From contig NC_083277.1 in assembly GCF_963506605.1 (NCBI RefSeq), positions 82,398,001 through 82,462,000 on the forward strand: a stretch of DNA of 64,000 nt, given 5' to 3'. Under the pieces are notes generated by a model, which worked only from the letters and a program-made list of their open reading frames with translations, was not told where the DNA came from and did not search any database. Shown here one piece after another: positions 1 to 13,200 of this stretch. The DNA comes from Zootoca vivipara. Its lineage: Eukaryota. Numbering within the stretch: the first letter of the stretch is position 1; the number at the start of each line of letters is the position of its first letter. A program made the translations under genes and the position numbers.

Positions 1-92
1 CGCATTGGGCAAAAGATTCCTGCATTGCTAGGGGTAGGACTAGATGACCCTTGTGGTCCCTTTCCAACTCTACGACTCTGTGATTCTATGAA
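1..92 (+). mobile_element. CR1-type LINE 3' terminus (other copies 1828-1898 and 48030-48102, minus)
   Basis: ggactagatgaccc...ccaactctac...gattctatga octamer tail. Confidence 0.7.
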
Positions 93-890
93 ATTCTTAG
101 TAGGTTATACAAGTATTATACAAGAAGGCCAACTCAAGAGTCTACAACTGAATGCATTACAGTAGTCTAGCTCAGGAGTCACTAAGGCATGTATGATAGT
201 TCTAGGTCTATGAAGCTTAACCATAAGATTAAACAAATTAATGGGAGGATACGACTGTAAATGGCTACTAGTCATAATGGCTATGTGTTTAATATGAGAG
301 ACAGTATGCTGTGGACCAGGAGCGGGAGAGTGCTACTGCCCTCCTGCTGTATCTGTAGACCTCACCTAGGCATCTGGTTGGTTTGTGTGAGCACTGACTA
401 TATGGGCTTTGATCTCATCCATCAGAGCTCTTAAGTTCTTATTAAGTTCCTTGCTACGTCTGCTCCTTGCGGTGCACATTTTTGCTGACTAAATCTCAAG
501 AGTCTTGAGTATTTGGCCATGGGAAACTGGACTGGGAAGAAACAGAGAGGCTTAGGAGTCACAAAGACAGCCTTATCCCACATGGACAAACAAGGCCATA
601 CTGATGGTTGGAACCCAAGGTAAAAGTCACCCATGGAATTAACCCTTAGACAACCCAGATCACCTTTGCTCACTCCCTCTTTAGAGTCCAGTTTCAAAGC
701 CCTAGTCACTCTCTTCCCTGCAAGCCACACTTCCAAGGTGCAAGGATAGCCAGGCTTGATTCTAAGGCTGTGAGAAATAGAGAAGTAAATGACTCTTTAA
801 TACAGACACTCTGCCCCCCGGGGCAGCTTTCAATATCTCAGGGAGTGCTTCACATATTACAGTAGAGGCAGCTACATGCCATCTAAAATA

Positions 891-1086
891 CCGTATATTC
901 CGGCGTATAAGACGACTGGGCGTATAAGATTCCGGCGTATAAGACGACTGGGCGTATAAGACGACCCCCAACCTTTTCAGTTAAAATATAGAGTTTGGGA
1001 TATACTCGCCATATAAGAAATATGACCCCCGACTTTTGAGAAGATTTTCCTGGGTTAAAAAGTAGTCTTATACGCAGGAATGTACA
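891..1086. mobile_element. Probable pogo/Tc1-type MITE
   Basis: ta|ccgtatattccggcgtataagacgac ... agtcttatacgcaggaatgtaca imperfect TIRs; 31-bp tandem duplication at 900-960. Confidence 0.55.
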
Positions 1087-1281
1087 TAGCAATTTTCCAC
1101 TACTACCTAATGTATGGAAAACTTTGTAACACTTCAAGAACACCCATGGAAACAAGATGGGGTGTCAAGGCCAACTGCAGCCCCTTCCGCTGTGTATTGT
1201 GTGAAGGGGTGGGTGACAATGCCCTCATCTCGCATTTCACCAGGCAGAAGTGGACACATGATGAATATCATTCATGTACAT

Positions 1282-1656
1282 AAAGGTAAAGGGACCCCAG
1301 TTGTGGGGTCCAGTTGTGACCGACTCTGGGATTGCAACGCTCATCTCGCTCTATTGCCGAGGGAGCCGGTGTACAGCTTCCTATTGGCCGAGGGAGCCGG
1401 TGTACAGCTTCCAGGTCATGTGGCCAGCACGACTAAGCCGCTTCTGGCGAACTAGAGCAGCACTTGGAAATGCCGTTTACCTTCCCGCCGGAGCCAGGAA
1501 TTTATCTACTTGCACTTTGACGTACTTTCGAACTACTAGGTTGGCAGGAGCTGGGACCAAGCAACGGGAGCTCACCCCGTTGCGGGGATTCGAACCGCCG
1601 ACCTTCTGATCGGCAAGCCCTAGGCTCTGTGTTTTAACCCACAGTGCCACCTGCGT
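1282..1656 (-). mobile_element. Sauria-SINE-like element with a short internal tandem duplication
   Basis: (ACCTTT)-type tail and tRNA-like head; similar to copies at 7044, 41383 and 58243. Confidence 0.8.
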
Positions 1657-2330
1657 CATGTACATACTTCTGTTGTAAAACGTGAAGAGGCCCAGACTGA
1701 GCCAATCCAACTCCATAAATTCCCCTGGAGAGTGAAAATTCATTTGAGTAGGATGAGAGATGGGGGCCTGCTCAGTGGCTGCACCCAGCTTATGGAATGC
1801 CCTGTCCCATGAAGTGTGGTTGGCACTTAGAATCACAGATTTGTAGAGTTGAAATGGACCCTGAGGATCATCTAGTCCTACCCCCTACAATGCAGGAATA
1901 TGCAGTTGTCTCATAAAAGGATCGAAACAGCAACCTTGGCAACCTTGCCTTCCCCGTTGTTGGAAGACTGCTTGAATTCAGCAGACTTCTATTGTATGGC
2001 TTTTATATGTTTTGGTTTCAACTGCAGGCCCAGTCTCTTCGGTCGATTTGTTTTATATTGCTGTTTTAATAGAATTGCAGGTTTTAAGGTTTTGTGTGTC
2101 ACCCTGAGTGGCGCTCTTGCACCAGAAGGGTGAGATCTAAATGTTTTAACACACAATTTAAAAACACTCATTTTCCCAGCCTCCAATTACTTCCCCCATA
2201 ATGCATCTCTGCAATGATTTTTTTTAAAAAAAGACCAAATCACAGGTGAGCAACTTGAACCAATTCCCTTCCTGCAGGGAAGAAGCTGAAGAGGAATGTT
2301 GTCCGTCACCAATCTGCCCTCGCCACTCAC

Positions 2331-3282
2331 CCGTCTGGCCTACATTCATCATGCTGTACATAGTGTACATGTTGCAGATCTGCCGGTACTGCTCGTCAGT
2401 GCCCTCCTCGGGAGCGTCCTCCTCCTCGTCTTCCTCATTGTGGTAGGAACTGGGGCTGTCACTAGTGTAGGCACTGGAGGTACCAGGGCTCGTCTGGTCT
2501 GATGTGCTGGGGCCACTGACCACACCTGCCCCTCCACCGCCTCCCGTTAGCGCCCCCTGCTGTTGAGACTGCTGTTGTTGTTGCTGCTGCTGCTGTTGCT
2601 GCTGCTGAGCCTGCCGGTTACCCCCACTCAGCTCCTGCTGCGAGGAGATCTTGGCCATTTTGCGGCTGCCGTTACTGCCACCTCCACCTCCACCTCCGCC
2701 TCCCCCTTCCTTCTGGCTGCTTTCCCAGAGCCGCTTAACCACAAATGTGCACTGGACAGAGTCCGACTCCTGCTGCTCCGTCTTTACGCGAGAGACCAGG
2801 GGCAGGGGGGTGTTGCCGGAGGGCCAGGTGGAGGTCTGTGCCACGGGGCTCTGTGGCTCAGAGGAAGGTGCCTCCTCGGTGTGCAAGCCTTGGGAATCGC
2901 AGCTGGGCGAGCTGACCTTCAAGAAGAACTCAGTCCCCTTCTCCATAATCTCCTGGATCTGCAGGAACCCAGCAGTGTACATTAGCAGGAACTGGTCGCC
3001 TACGTTCATGCTGAGGCGGCCGGTGTAGCAGAAGCTGAGGATCTGCTGGAAGGACTGGGGCTGCACAGCAGCAGGAAGCTCCACCACCGTGCTCTTGCTG
3101 TTGTTGAAAAGGTCCCGGAAGTAGCAGCTGCTGGCAGCCAGCACAGCCCGGTGTGCCTTGAAGGCATGGCCCTTCACCACCACCGAGACATCACAGTACA
3201 GGCCCTGCAATCGCTGCTCGTTCAGGCACTCCAGGATGCTGTTACCAAAGTTGGGGATCTCCATCTGGAGAATCTGGGCCAT
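2331..3282 (-). CDS. NACC1: NACC1 (nucleus accumbens-associated protein 1), first coding exon: BTB/POZ domain plus low-complexity linker; later exons lie off the left edge
   Basis: ATG at 3282 gives [52 protein letters not shown]...[21 protein letters not shown]; acceptor ctttgcag| (exon starts 3312); donor G|gtgagt at 2331/2330; head-to-head with TRMT1 as in mammals. Confidence 0.93.
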
Positions 3283-3809
3283 CCTCTCCTTCTCTTCACT
3301 TGGGTAGGTGAGCTGCAAAGGGAAGAAGGAGCCAGAGAGGTTGTAGATGGGTCCAGCATGGAAAGGCACACATGAGAAAAGGGGGAACATCGGGGAAAGG
3401 GAAGAGAAGGTCATCCATTTCCTTTTACACCCTGGTAGGCCCCCCTTCATACTGTCTGGTGAAGGAAGGGTTACCTTGAAAAGGTGGCGGGGGGGGGAAT
3501 ACGCTGGCCACCCAATCAACTATTTTATGTGCCGTTTCTAGAAATGGCAACATCATTCCATTACAGATCTTTTCCAGCTTTCAGTAGTCAGAAGTATTGT
3601 GACACACCAAGCCCACGACTGGCTTAGCAATTTTGGCTAAACTAAGAATGCTATGAAGCCAGGCATAGAGAAGACACATTCCCCACCATGAGGGAAGTTA
3701 AAACAGCCCACATATAAAACACAGCGAGGCATCAGTGGAACAAGAAGAGGGTTTGGAATTCTGCATAGTGGACCGGGGGGGGGGGGGAGGGAGGACAGGA
3801 AATACAATA

Positions 3810-4050
3810 CAGGGGAACCTCGGTTTTCAAACGTAATCCATTCTGGAAGACCTTTTGACTTTCGAAATGTTCGAAAACCAAGGCTCAATGGGCAGTCAGC
3901 AAAATCCATTGAAAAAATGGAAAACCCTGCAGTGGAAGCAGTTCGACCTCCAAGGCGTGTCAGAAAACAGAAGCAATTATTTCTGGGTTTTCGGTGTTCG
4001 GGTTCCGAATAGTTCAGCTTCCGAGATGCTTGAAAACCAAGGTTCCACTG
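3810..4050. mobile_element. Tc1/mariner (Tigger-like) MITE
   Basis: TA|CAGGGGAACCTCGGTTTTC...GAAAACCAAGGTTCCACTG|TA. Confidence 0.75.
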
Positions 4051-4163
4051 TAGCTGCTTTGAGGTCTGTGTTAATGGAATAAGTTCATTATGGTTGCATT
4101 GATTACGCATTATTTGTACACACCACTGGGGGGGGGAGGTAAAATACCCACCTGAGTGGGGAG

Positions 4164-4255
4164 CATAGCTGTCAAGTTTTCCCTTTTCTCACGAGGAAGC
4201 CTATTCAGCATAAGGGAATTTCCCTTAAAAAAAAAGGGAGAACTTGACAGCTATG
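4164..4255. mobile_element. 92-bp hAT-type MITE
   Basis: TIR CATAGCTGTCAAGTT...AACTTGACAGCTATG; 8-bp TSD GTGGGGAG. Confidence 0.85.
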
Positions 4256-7043
4256 GTGGGGAGTGACTTAATAGAGAATGGGCTCAAGTCTTGAAGACAG
4301 GGAAGCCTACTTTCAATAGGAAAAGAACCCCTCCTTGCAGAAAACTTCTGGATACCCAAGCTTGTGACAGCCTCAGGCCATAATGTGGATATAAACAAAG
4401 ATATGATATTGAATGTGCAAGTTTCTTTCTTGGCCAGGTAATGCGAGCAGAAGAGGAAGTATGTCATTAAGGTCAGAGAGGTGCAAGCGCTCAGGGCAGA
4501 TGTCTTAGCCAACACTCTTCCCAATCCCATCCTTTTAAAACCAATGCTGCATTAAGTCCACTGACCGACTTGTCCATTAAAAGAAAATGTTATGTTCCCT
4601 TTAAGCATGCTTCCACCCTATTGTTATAGCAGACATGTGGTGCAACTTCCACAGGTATTGGCCCGTCAACATTTTGCCTTGGAAAAGGCAAAGAAATTCA
4701 GTACTGTAACTTGAAAAACAGAACTGCGTACTCTACAACAAAGGAAGCCTTTCAGCAGAAGCTACTAGCTAGGCTATTTTGTAAGGCTAAGCTTCAAATA
4801 GTTGCTCTTCATATATTTTGAATCATGGATTAGTAGTGGCTGCCCTGCACCTGATGTCAGGTGTGCAGCCTGTAAAGATGTGACTGAAAAGGAACAACTG
4901 GAAGCCTTAAATTGTGCACCTGATTGTTTCTTGGCAAGCGGGGCTTATATTAAGCACCTTTAAAATTCTCTCTAATACAGTATATCCTAGAGGACAGTAA
5001 ACCAGGAATAGAGGGCAAAGATGTGACCAATGAACAGCTCACAAATGTGATTATGGGCTATAACCCTAGTAGCTCACAAACAAAAAACTTGAAATAATAA
5101 TCCTGGGATTAAGGGCTCAATGAGGGCAAAGCATCGGCGCTTGAGGGCTGAAATGTCTCTGTCCTCCAAGAATTTTTGCTGGTTTTGAAAGAACCTAAAG
5201 GTCATTTCATTCTGTTTCCAGAATCGAACCACCATCCTCTAAATCCAAACTGACCACAGAGACCAGACTGACTAAATAAAATGCCAGGTGCAACTGATCT
5301 GAAATTGCACTATTGCTGGCTTTCATTGTTTGCTCTTTTTTGCACAGTACTGCTTTTACTGTATTCTTTTATTTCTGTAAGTTGCTGTGAACTGTATGAG
5401 GAAAGGCGGTGCCTATCTATTTTGCAAAGTGGGGCTTATGTTCCAATATTGGCAAATCAAGATGGGTCCAGTAACCGTCGCAAATGGACACATCCTTCAG
5501 TGTGGTTCTGTAGAATATCTACTACTCCATCCTTGGCCGGCCAGTATTCTTTTCACAACTGTGTGTTTGACTTACACAGGACTTTCCCCCTTAAAATGAA
5601 CAACTAGCAAACTCAAAACCATAAAGAAGCACAAAATTAGGGATGCAGGTGATTGGGCACCTCCTCGTGCAAGAAAGAAACATTAGCAGATGGCATGTGA
5701 AGAATACCCAATAACATATATACTGTATGTCAGTGGGCATATATTGTATATTATTATAGCAAAACATGGATGCTGAATGTGCTAGAAGGAGTGATCAGCA
5801 CCGCTTCTACTTGTAGCAGCAACCTACTACCACAAGGGATCATTTGCATATAATAAACCTTTTACAGTCCTGTGGTTATTAGCAATCAGGAAAGATATAA
5901 TGTGCATAACGTCTTTATTGAATCATCCACCCCTTTTACACTAGCCTGATGCTGATAACACTCAGCAGTTAGCTGTTACAGGTATTATAGCATAACCATG
6001 TGAAACTTCAGAACTTGTTTCTCTGATGTTTATTTTCATATTATCAAGCACTGTCCAGATTATGGAAAAGTGACAAGGTTAAAAAATAGCTCTTCATTAT
6101 CCAGGAAAGGTTTGTGTTTGTTTGTCTAAGCTGGCGAAACATTGTTTGTGTTGGAAGAGACATGCAGACACAAACTATAATGAGAAGTGGCAGCTTTTGC
6201 TATTCCGCCCCCCTCCCGCTGCCAGCCACATGGGGTAAACAAGCTTCAACCCAGCACTGCTGATCCACAAGCCCAGCGAGGCTTCTCTATTGTCAGCTCT
6301 AAGAAGGGACAGAACCCTGAGAGCGAGCGTATGGATCCGTCCCTCCCAGGGCACAGGGAGCTTTGAATCATGGGTATTGTCTGTTTAAGACAAACAGCAT
6401 GTGTGCTGCAGATAAGAAACACTATGAATTTAAATGAAAGCTTTTGCTAAAAACAGACAAAACAGTCATGTGCTTTTTATTCCTTCACACTTGCCAACTG
6501 TGGGGGCAAGTTAATGCTGGGTGGAATGTTAAATACTAAAAATGAATGTACATTTTTACCGAGGAGAAGAGGTGCCCTAGTTAGTTTTAAAATGTGTCTG
6601 TCACAATGCGCACTGAGGGAACATATTACTTTGTGAGGCTGCAGAGAGCGAGAGAGAGAGAGAGAGAGCTCTGGAGATACTGCACTGTGACTGCTGCTTT
6701 TTAAAATCCCCATGCATGCTAAAGGCTGGGTGCAAAACAGTGCCTGAAATGGCATTTGGAGATGGGATGAGCAGCTCAGGAATCACATTTTACCTCCCAT
6801 GCAGAGTCGCACTGAGTGTCCCACATTACTAGCAGTTTGAAGAACTGCCTATTTTTGAAAAACTGAAAATTTTGCAGATCTGTGTAGAATGGAAATGAAA
6901 AATCCCTACCGGTAGTATGAATTTTATTGAGCTATTCTCCTCAAATATCTACAATTTAATAATCAACCCCTCTTTCCCAGGGAACCCTGGAAATTGTAGC
7001 TCTTGAGGGGAATAGTAACAACTCTAAACATCATTAACAAACT

Positions 7044-7286
7044 GTAAAGGTAAAGGGACCCCTGACCATTAGGTCCAGTCGCGGACGACTCTGGGGTTGC
7101 AGCGCTCATTTCGCTTTACTGGCTGAGGGAGCCGGTGTTTGTCCGCAGTCTGTTTTTCCGGGTCATGTGGCCAGCATGACGTAAGCTGTTTCTGGCGAAC
7201 CAGAGCATTGCACAGAAACACCGTTTACCTTCCCGCCAGAGCAGTACCTATTTATCTACTTGCACTTTGGCGTGATTTTGAACTAC
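7044..7286 (-). mobile_element. 5'-truncated Sauria-SINE-like element
   Basis: gtaaaggtaaagggacccctgaccattaggtccagtc... matches the 1282 copy. Confidence 0.75.
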
Positions 7287-10200
7287 TAGGTTGGCAGGAG
7301 CAGGGACTGTTAACAAACTGTACTAGAGGGGGAGCCATAACTGTTTAACATGTTAAGACACTGCTTTAAATATATAGTGCAGATGGGGCTGAAAACTGGT
7401 TGTGTCTAGCTTACATAGGGTTGCCATATTTCATAAAGTAAAAATCAGAACACCACAAAAATGCAAAAAAAACCTACGATTTTCCAATTGACTTGCCTAA
7501 GATCCAGGACAAAGCGCTACTTAAAAGTGGTGGGCGACATCTAACTGCAATGCCCCCACATGCTCACAGACTTCTGTTTGCACAAAAGGGACTTACTCTT
7601 TCTTCCCTCTGCACCCCCCCCCCAAGCCCCTCATGTGCTCTGGACATTCGGGGGACCCTCGAAATTATGGGTGGGGTGCAGGGTGACAACAGGAGGCAGA
7701 GCAGAAGGGGGAATCCTATCACACCTGCTGGTCCAGTGTATCTTTAAGAGGTTTATTCTGTTTCAGATAGGATATATTGGTTTACATAGTAAGACATATT
7801 CTGCAATGATTTGAACAATACAAGAATGAGTGTAAGGCTTGTGGAACCCCCAAGGTGGTGGTCATGGACACTATGGCAACCTCAGATTGTTTGTACTCAC
7901 CAAGGCCCTCTTGCCCCGTCATTTTTGAAAATGACTTTAAAAAACACAAAAAAACACCCCATGGATGTCCCTGGACTGGATGGAAAATATAGGCATTATC
8001 AAGATATTCTACCCTCCTTTTCCTCATAATGCCTCTGGTCAGCCCATTGGGATGCTTCGTCTACCTTTTCATTTAGCTATTTGTCTGAATGTGCCTAACT
8101 TTTTGGACTTTTGTTTGTTTGGAGGGGTTGTCTGCTTTTGTTGCCTGGGTTTTATTTGCCTTTGTGGGGGGGGGCATGTTGGTGGTTTGCCTATTTTATT
8201 TCGAAGGTTACTGTATTTTTAAGCACCTTAAAAGAGGTAGGGAATATAATTTGGAGCCTTGATTTCCAAAATGGGATGCAGAAACAAAACACAGGTTTCT
8301 CACCACAACAGCTGAAATTGTAGCAGTTTTTGCTGTCTCTAGCAGAGATCCATCAGAAACTAGAGCCCCCTCCCTCCCCCTTGGGGAACTGCCCCAGATC
8401 ATGAAGTTCTTTACTGAAAGAGTGGAAAGGTATTTCAGAGACATCACTCACTGCTGACAGTCTATGCATTAATTCTGAAATGGAACTACTTCCTTCTGAG
8501 TACTGGTAGTTAAATCTACAGTGTATTAATAGTTTAAAATTTAAGCTTGCTGCTATGGAGCTAAACCTTGCCCTAACCTTTATTCTTCAAATTGACAACG
8601 AAACTTCCTTATTAGGAGGCAGGAGGAGCGGAGGGAATTGTTAGGGCGTATTTGGCTTTAAAGAAGCCAAATTTCTACTCTAGAAAATTTCACACCACAA
8701 AATATGTGTACAGTATCAGGCACTCAAACTAGACAGTGTAGTAGTTCTGATCTTTTATAGCTTCTGTGTTAATTCTGTGCGACTGAGTCATTGATTCAGC
8801 AAGGCTGTATCACTTAGCTGGAAAAACATACTCAAGTCAACTTCTGTTTTAAACCTATCATTACGCTTTTTTCAAGACAGATGAATTAGCTTAAGTTTGC
8901 ATCTTTTAGCAAACAGAATTGAACCATTCTGTATTCTCTTCAGTGCTGGTGTATATTTACTGGTAAGTATTACTTTATGGGTTCTTAAAAAATCAAAATA
9001 ATGTATAAATTATTGTACATTATTAGGTCTAGTACAATCTGAACTCTTGTGCCCCAAATAAGAACTCCATAGTTGCTTGCCTTTAAGCATGGAACACATT
9101 TGTTTTGGGGTTTTGTATTACCTGTATGGAGATATGAATTTACTAAATGAAATGCATATTTTATTTTTTAAGATAGCAGCTCCACACACACCCCCAAACA
9201 AAAACTGGAACCAGGGTTAACCATACATTAACTGTGCTATTTTCCTCATCAAACTCTCCCTCTTCCAAAGCTATCTAACCAGATTAGGAAAAAATAAAAC
9301 CTTTAAGGCTCTAAATTATCCACTTACTGAACTCCCATGTCATGCCAAAACAGAGGCCTACAGACAGTTTCTTGCCACAGCCTTTCCATATAGGAGGTCC
9401 CAGTGAACTCCTATCCTGGAATTTGAAAGGTTAGCCACAATAGAGGTAGACTCCACGGCTTCAGTTTGGAGGGCTTATCTCCAGTCTCAACACTGTGTTG
9501 CTTAGCTCTGAAATAGGAGATAAAAGAGCCTGCTGACTGATTTTCAGATGTCTTTTCTAAAGGACAGGCAGAGGGATTTTTAAAATCTCTCAATCAGGAG
9601 AAAAAATGCTCTGTCAGCTCTTTAGAGATTCCTCTCTACAGAACAAAGATCTCCTGATCTGATTGGGAGATAAAAGTTTCCAGGGCTAGAGGGGCCATTT
9701 CTTGCGAGTTGCTGGACCAGATTCGGGCCATGGGTTAGCCATCCTTCTTGCAGAGCATCAGATGCTCACTGATCATTAACTATTAGGCCCACTCTCTGAC
9801 AAATAGTTGCCATCTATAGTACTGGAGTTTCTTCAACTGAGGGTGACAAAGTTAATCAGTTTATCATTTGCTAGGGCTCAACTAGCAGCTGTTAAGCAGG
9901 ACTAACTCACAACTCATCCTAGAATAGACTCATTCAGTATAAGAAATCTCTATCTCCCCCCCTCTCATTATTCTAATGTCACTCAAGAAGCCTCTGCTCT
10001 TTTGTACCTTCATGCTAGCCACCTGGTTTAGACATCTGATACCTCCCCATTCTTCAGAAGGGAAGGTGCAACAGAGCCAGTGGGCCAGAGAGGATTTATA
10101 TACAGTACTAAAGCAAGAGTGAACTATGGAATAAAAGACCCAGGGGCTGCCAGGGGAAAACCCCTATGATTCTTCTTCCAGTGTGACCAAGGATCCCTCA

Positions 10201-13200
10201 TGCTTAGCAGTGCTCAGATATCAAGACAGTCTGCAGGAATGTAGGATTAAAATCTATGTGTGGTTAGGTTAACTGGAGTAATGTCATTGGAAATATGTGG
10301 GAGAAGGTAATGTTACAGTTAAGACAGCTTAGAGTTCAAGAATGGGGAATTCTGGCTTTCCATGTCCTTTCCAATAAATTGCCTATGGAACACCTTCATT
10401 TTGGGAATGGGGTTTTTTAAAGGGTTTTAAAAGGTGAGACATTAAAGGGGTTTTTAAAGGTGAGGCATCGATCTTTCTGAATTTGCACAGAGCAATTGCC
10501 TCTCTCCCTCCCTTCACCTCTCCCTTCCTCCAAGGAGCTTGGGTTGGCATACATCAGGCACCCCCACCCCTACTTTTATTCTCACAAGTTCAGTGTTAGA
10601 AACTGTGATAGAAAAGCTAGGAGCCAAATGTCTCATGGGACCTAGGTTGTGGGCACCAAAACAGAATGCCTAGTTGCCATGGGTGGGTGATGGATCAGCA
10701 ACACTCTTTATTTTATTCTTTTGATAATCATAAACTAATGCACAATTCACATAAGTGACACATTGTTAATATCAAATTCTTAGCAGAAATTGCTAATACA
10801 TGTTTAATTTGTTGTTTACAATAAAAATATTGGTACCATGGTTCAGTTTTCAAAACACTCTACTCTTTATTGTTAAACACCTTAACATGTTGACTATCCT
10901 TAACATATACTTTAAGGCTTCAAAGCACATACATTTCAGTAATCCTTGAGTGTCAGCCAGGTGCAAAATATGGCAACCAGACTTTTTGAGGTGCTCGCAA
11001 ATGGAGAATCTTTAGGCCCAAAATGCGCCTGATGCCCTGCTAATTTCGAACCCCTATCCTGGCAAAATAGATTAGGCTGAGAAATAGTGATTGGCCCAAA
11101 GTCACCCAGTGACTTTTGTGGCGAAGCGGGGATTTGAATTCATGTCTGCCCAGTCTAATCCCAATGCACTAGCCACTACACTGGTTCTCACCTTCCTTAG
11201 TAACTGCCCTGTGACTCCCATGTTGAGAGTCCCACACTGTTAACCTTCAGCCAGTCTCTGAAATAGAGAAATGAAGGCTAAATCTCAGTGATATTTCCTA
11301 TCTAGAAAGCAAATAGTTTGGGGCAAAGATCAGTGGCATATCAGCCTGAAATGACTGAAGAGTAGGCTGAGTGCGTCTTGTATCATAGCTTCTCCAGTAT
11401 GTTATTCTGCTCTGTGCTATGGCAGCAAAGCACTTATCCACCAAGGAAGTCCCTATGGGAACATGACTCTGCTCTCAGAGTAATCCAGTGTTAGCAAGCA
11501 CATTAATGAGGCTTCAGTTACTCAGTCGTGGTTTGTGGAACTATTCACAATCACCTAGTATTTTTATGAGCTAACACATTTCACTTCTCTCATTTCTATG
11601 GATACACTTATCAGAAAAAAAAAATGATTTCCCCCATCAGTTTCACAGCCTGGCTCTCACAAAAGCAAGTTCACTTTTGCCCCCAAGAGACCTCAAAGTT
11701 GCCTTGGAAGCAGAGAAGATCTCTCTCCCCCCCCCCTTCTTTCTTTTTGGAGTAATTTAGTGAGCAAAAGGCCAATTAAAATATAGCTCAACTGACAGCC
11801 TTAACTTCAAGTCCTGGGCCTGGATGCCAGCAAACCAAAGTAAAAGTAAGTCAGAGAGCAGTTTCACATTGGCTCATCACACATGTTAACAACTCAAGGG
11901 CAGGAAACCCATTAACACGCTTCTGTTGGGGTTGGGAATGGGAGGCAAGGTCTGGGAGTACCATGTGACTCATAACACAGCAGCTGCCCACAATTCCTCA
12001 TTAACCCCCAATAATATCATGGAATCAAATGACCAAAGCTTCCATCAATTAAGAGTTTCTGCTCAATAAAGCAGGATAGCTTATAGTGATACCAAATTCC
12101 TTACTTCTCTGGAGTTGTGAAAGGTACCCAAGGGTTAGGCCCATAGCAAAGATTATAACCAGAAATTCAGCCTTGCAGATAGGTACCAACTGCTTACAGC
12201 CTACAAGAAGTCTGATCAGCCTGTGTCCTTGGGTGGCTTGAGTAGCAAGTCTGGCAAGTTATTTCCAGAAATGACTTGCCTTAAATGAAGTACAGTAGCT
12301 GTAAATAGTGAACACAGAGCCTCCATATTCAGAGCCAGTATCTCTCTAGTTTATCAGGTGCTAGGGGACAAACTTCAGAGGAAGGCTCTCTCCATGATGC
12401 CCTGCTTTGAGCTTTGAGATCTCTGTTGGAGGCAAGAAACTGGACTAGGTAATCATGTGCTCTAACAGAACTCTTAACTTAGGAGTAGTGAACTCATAAA
12501 CTGGAAAATGCACGAATAAACTTTTTTAAAGGAGTAGTGAACTCAGCGGTACATTTTTCTAAGCAAGCACTAAAAGGAATGGGCCATGCAGATGAACAAG
12601 GAAAGGCATTTTCTCACGAAACCCAATGCTTCTGTTGAAGAAGCGCTCTAAGAACCTTGAGCAATTTAGTAACCTCAGAAAGTTATTGCCACGTATCTGA
12701 GGGATTGCAAGCCTGCTGGCACTTGGGCTGGTCTCTTCGTTATGCAGGCAGCATAAATCACAGAACTTTTTGTGTTTGGATACTTTAGTGACAGTGACCA
12801 TAGCACAGCTCACGAAGAAGAGTATTTTTGCTTCTGTCTCCCAGGTTTAGAAGTTACTACCATATTTAAGATCGTTAATTTCCTTGTTACTGACAGAACA
12901 CACAGAGAGATGCTGTAAGTTATTTAAGAGGATAAGGCAAGTAGATGTTAAGTTTTGTAATATGAGAGCACCAGACTTCACCCCCTGCCCCCAAATGATG
13001 CTGACTCCAGCCATGGTTGGCAAAAGATAATTCAACAGCCCTTAATATCCCCTAGCTTCTTCCTGCCCCAAGTTTCTTTCTGTGTATATAAAACCCAAGT
13101 CTGTCACAGCAACAACATAATATCTCCCTTGACTACACAACCTTTGTGAGTATAAAACAAATGCCTCACTGTTTCACCGACACAACACTCTTCTACCTTC

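Noticed and set aside
2224-3519. 431-aa ORF as a single-exon gene with an N-terminal extension
   Set aside because: Splice sites at 3312 and 2331 and the conserved MAQ start bound the real exon; the extensions are intronic.
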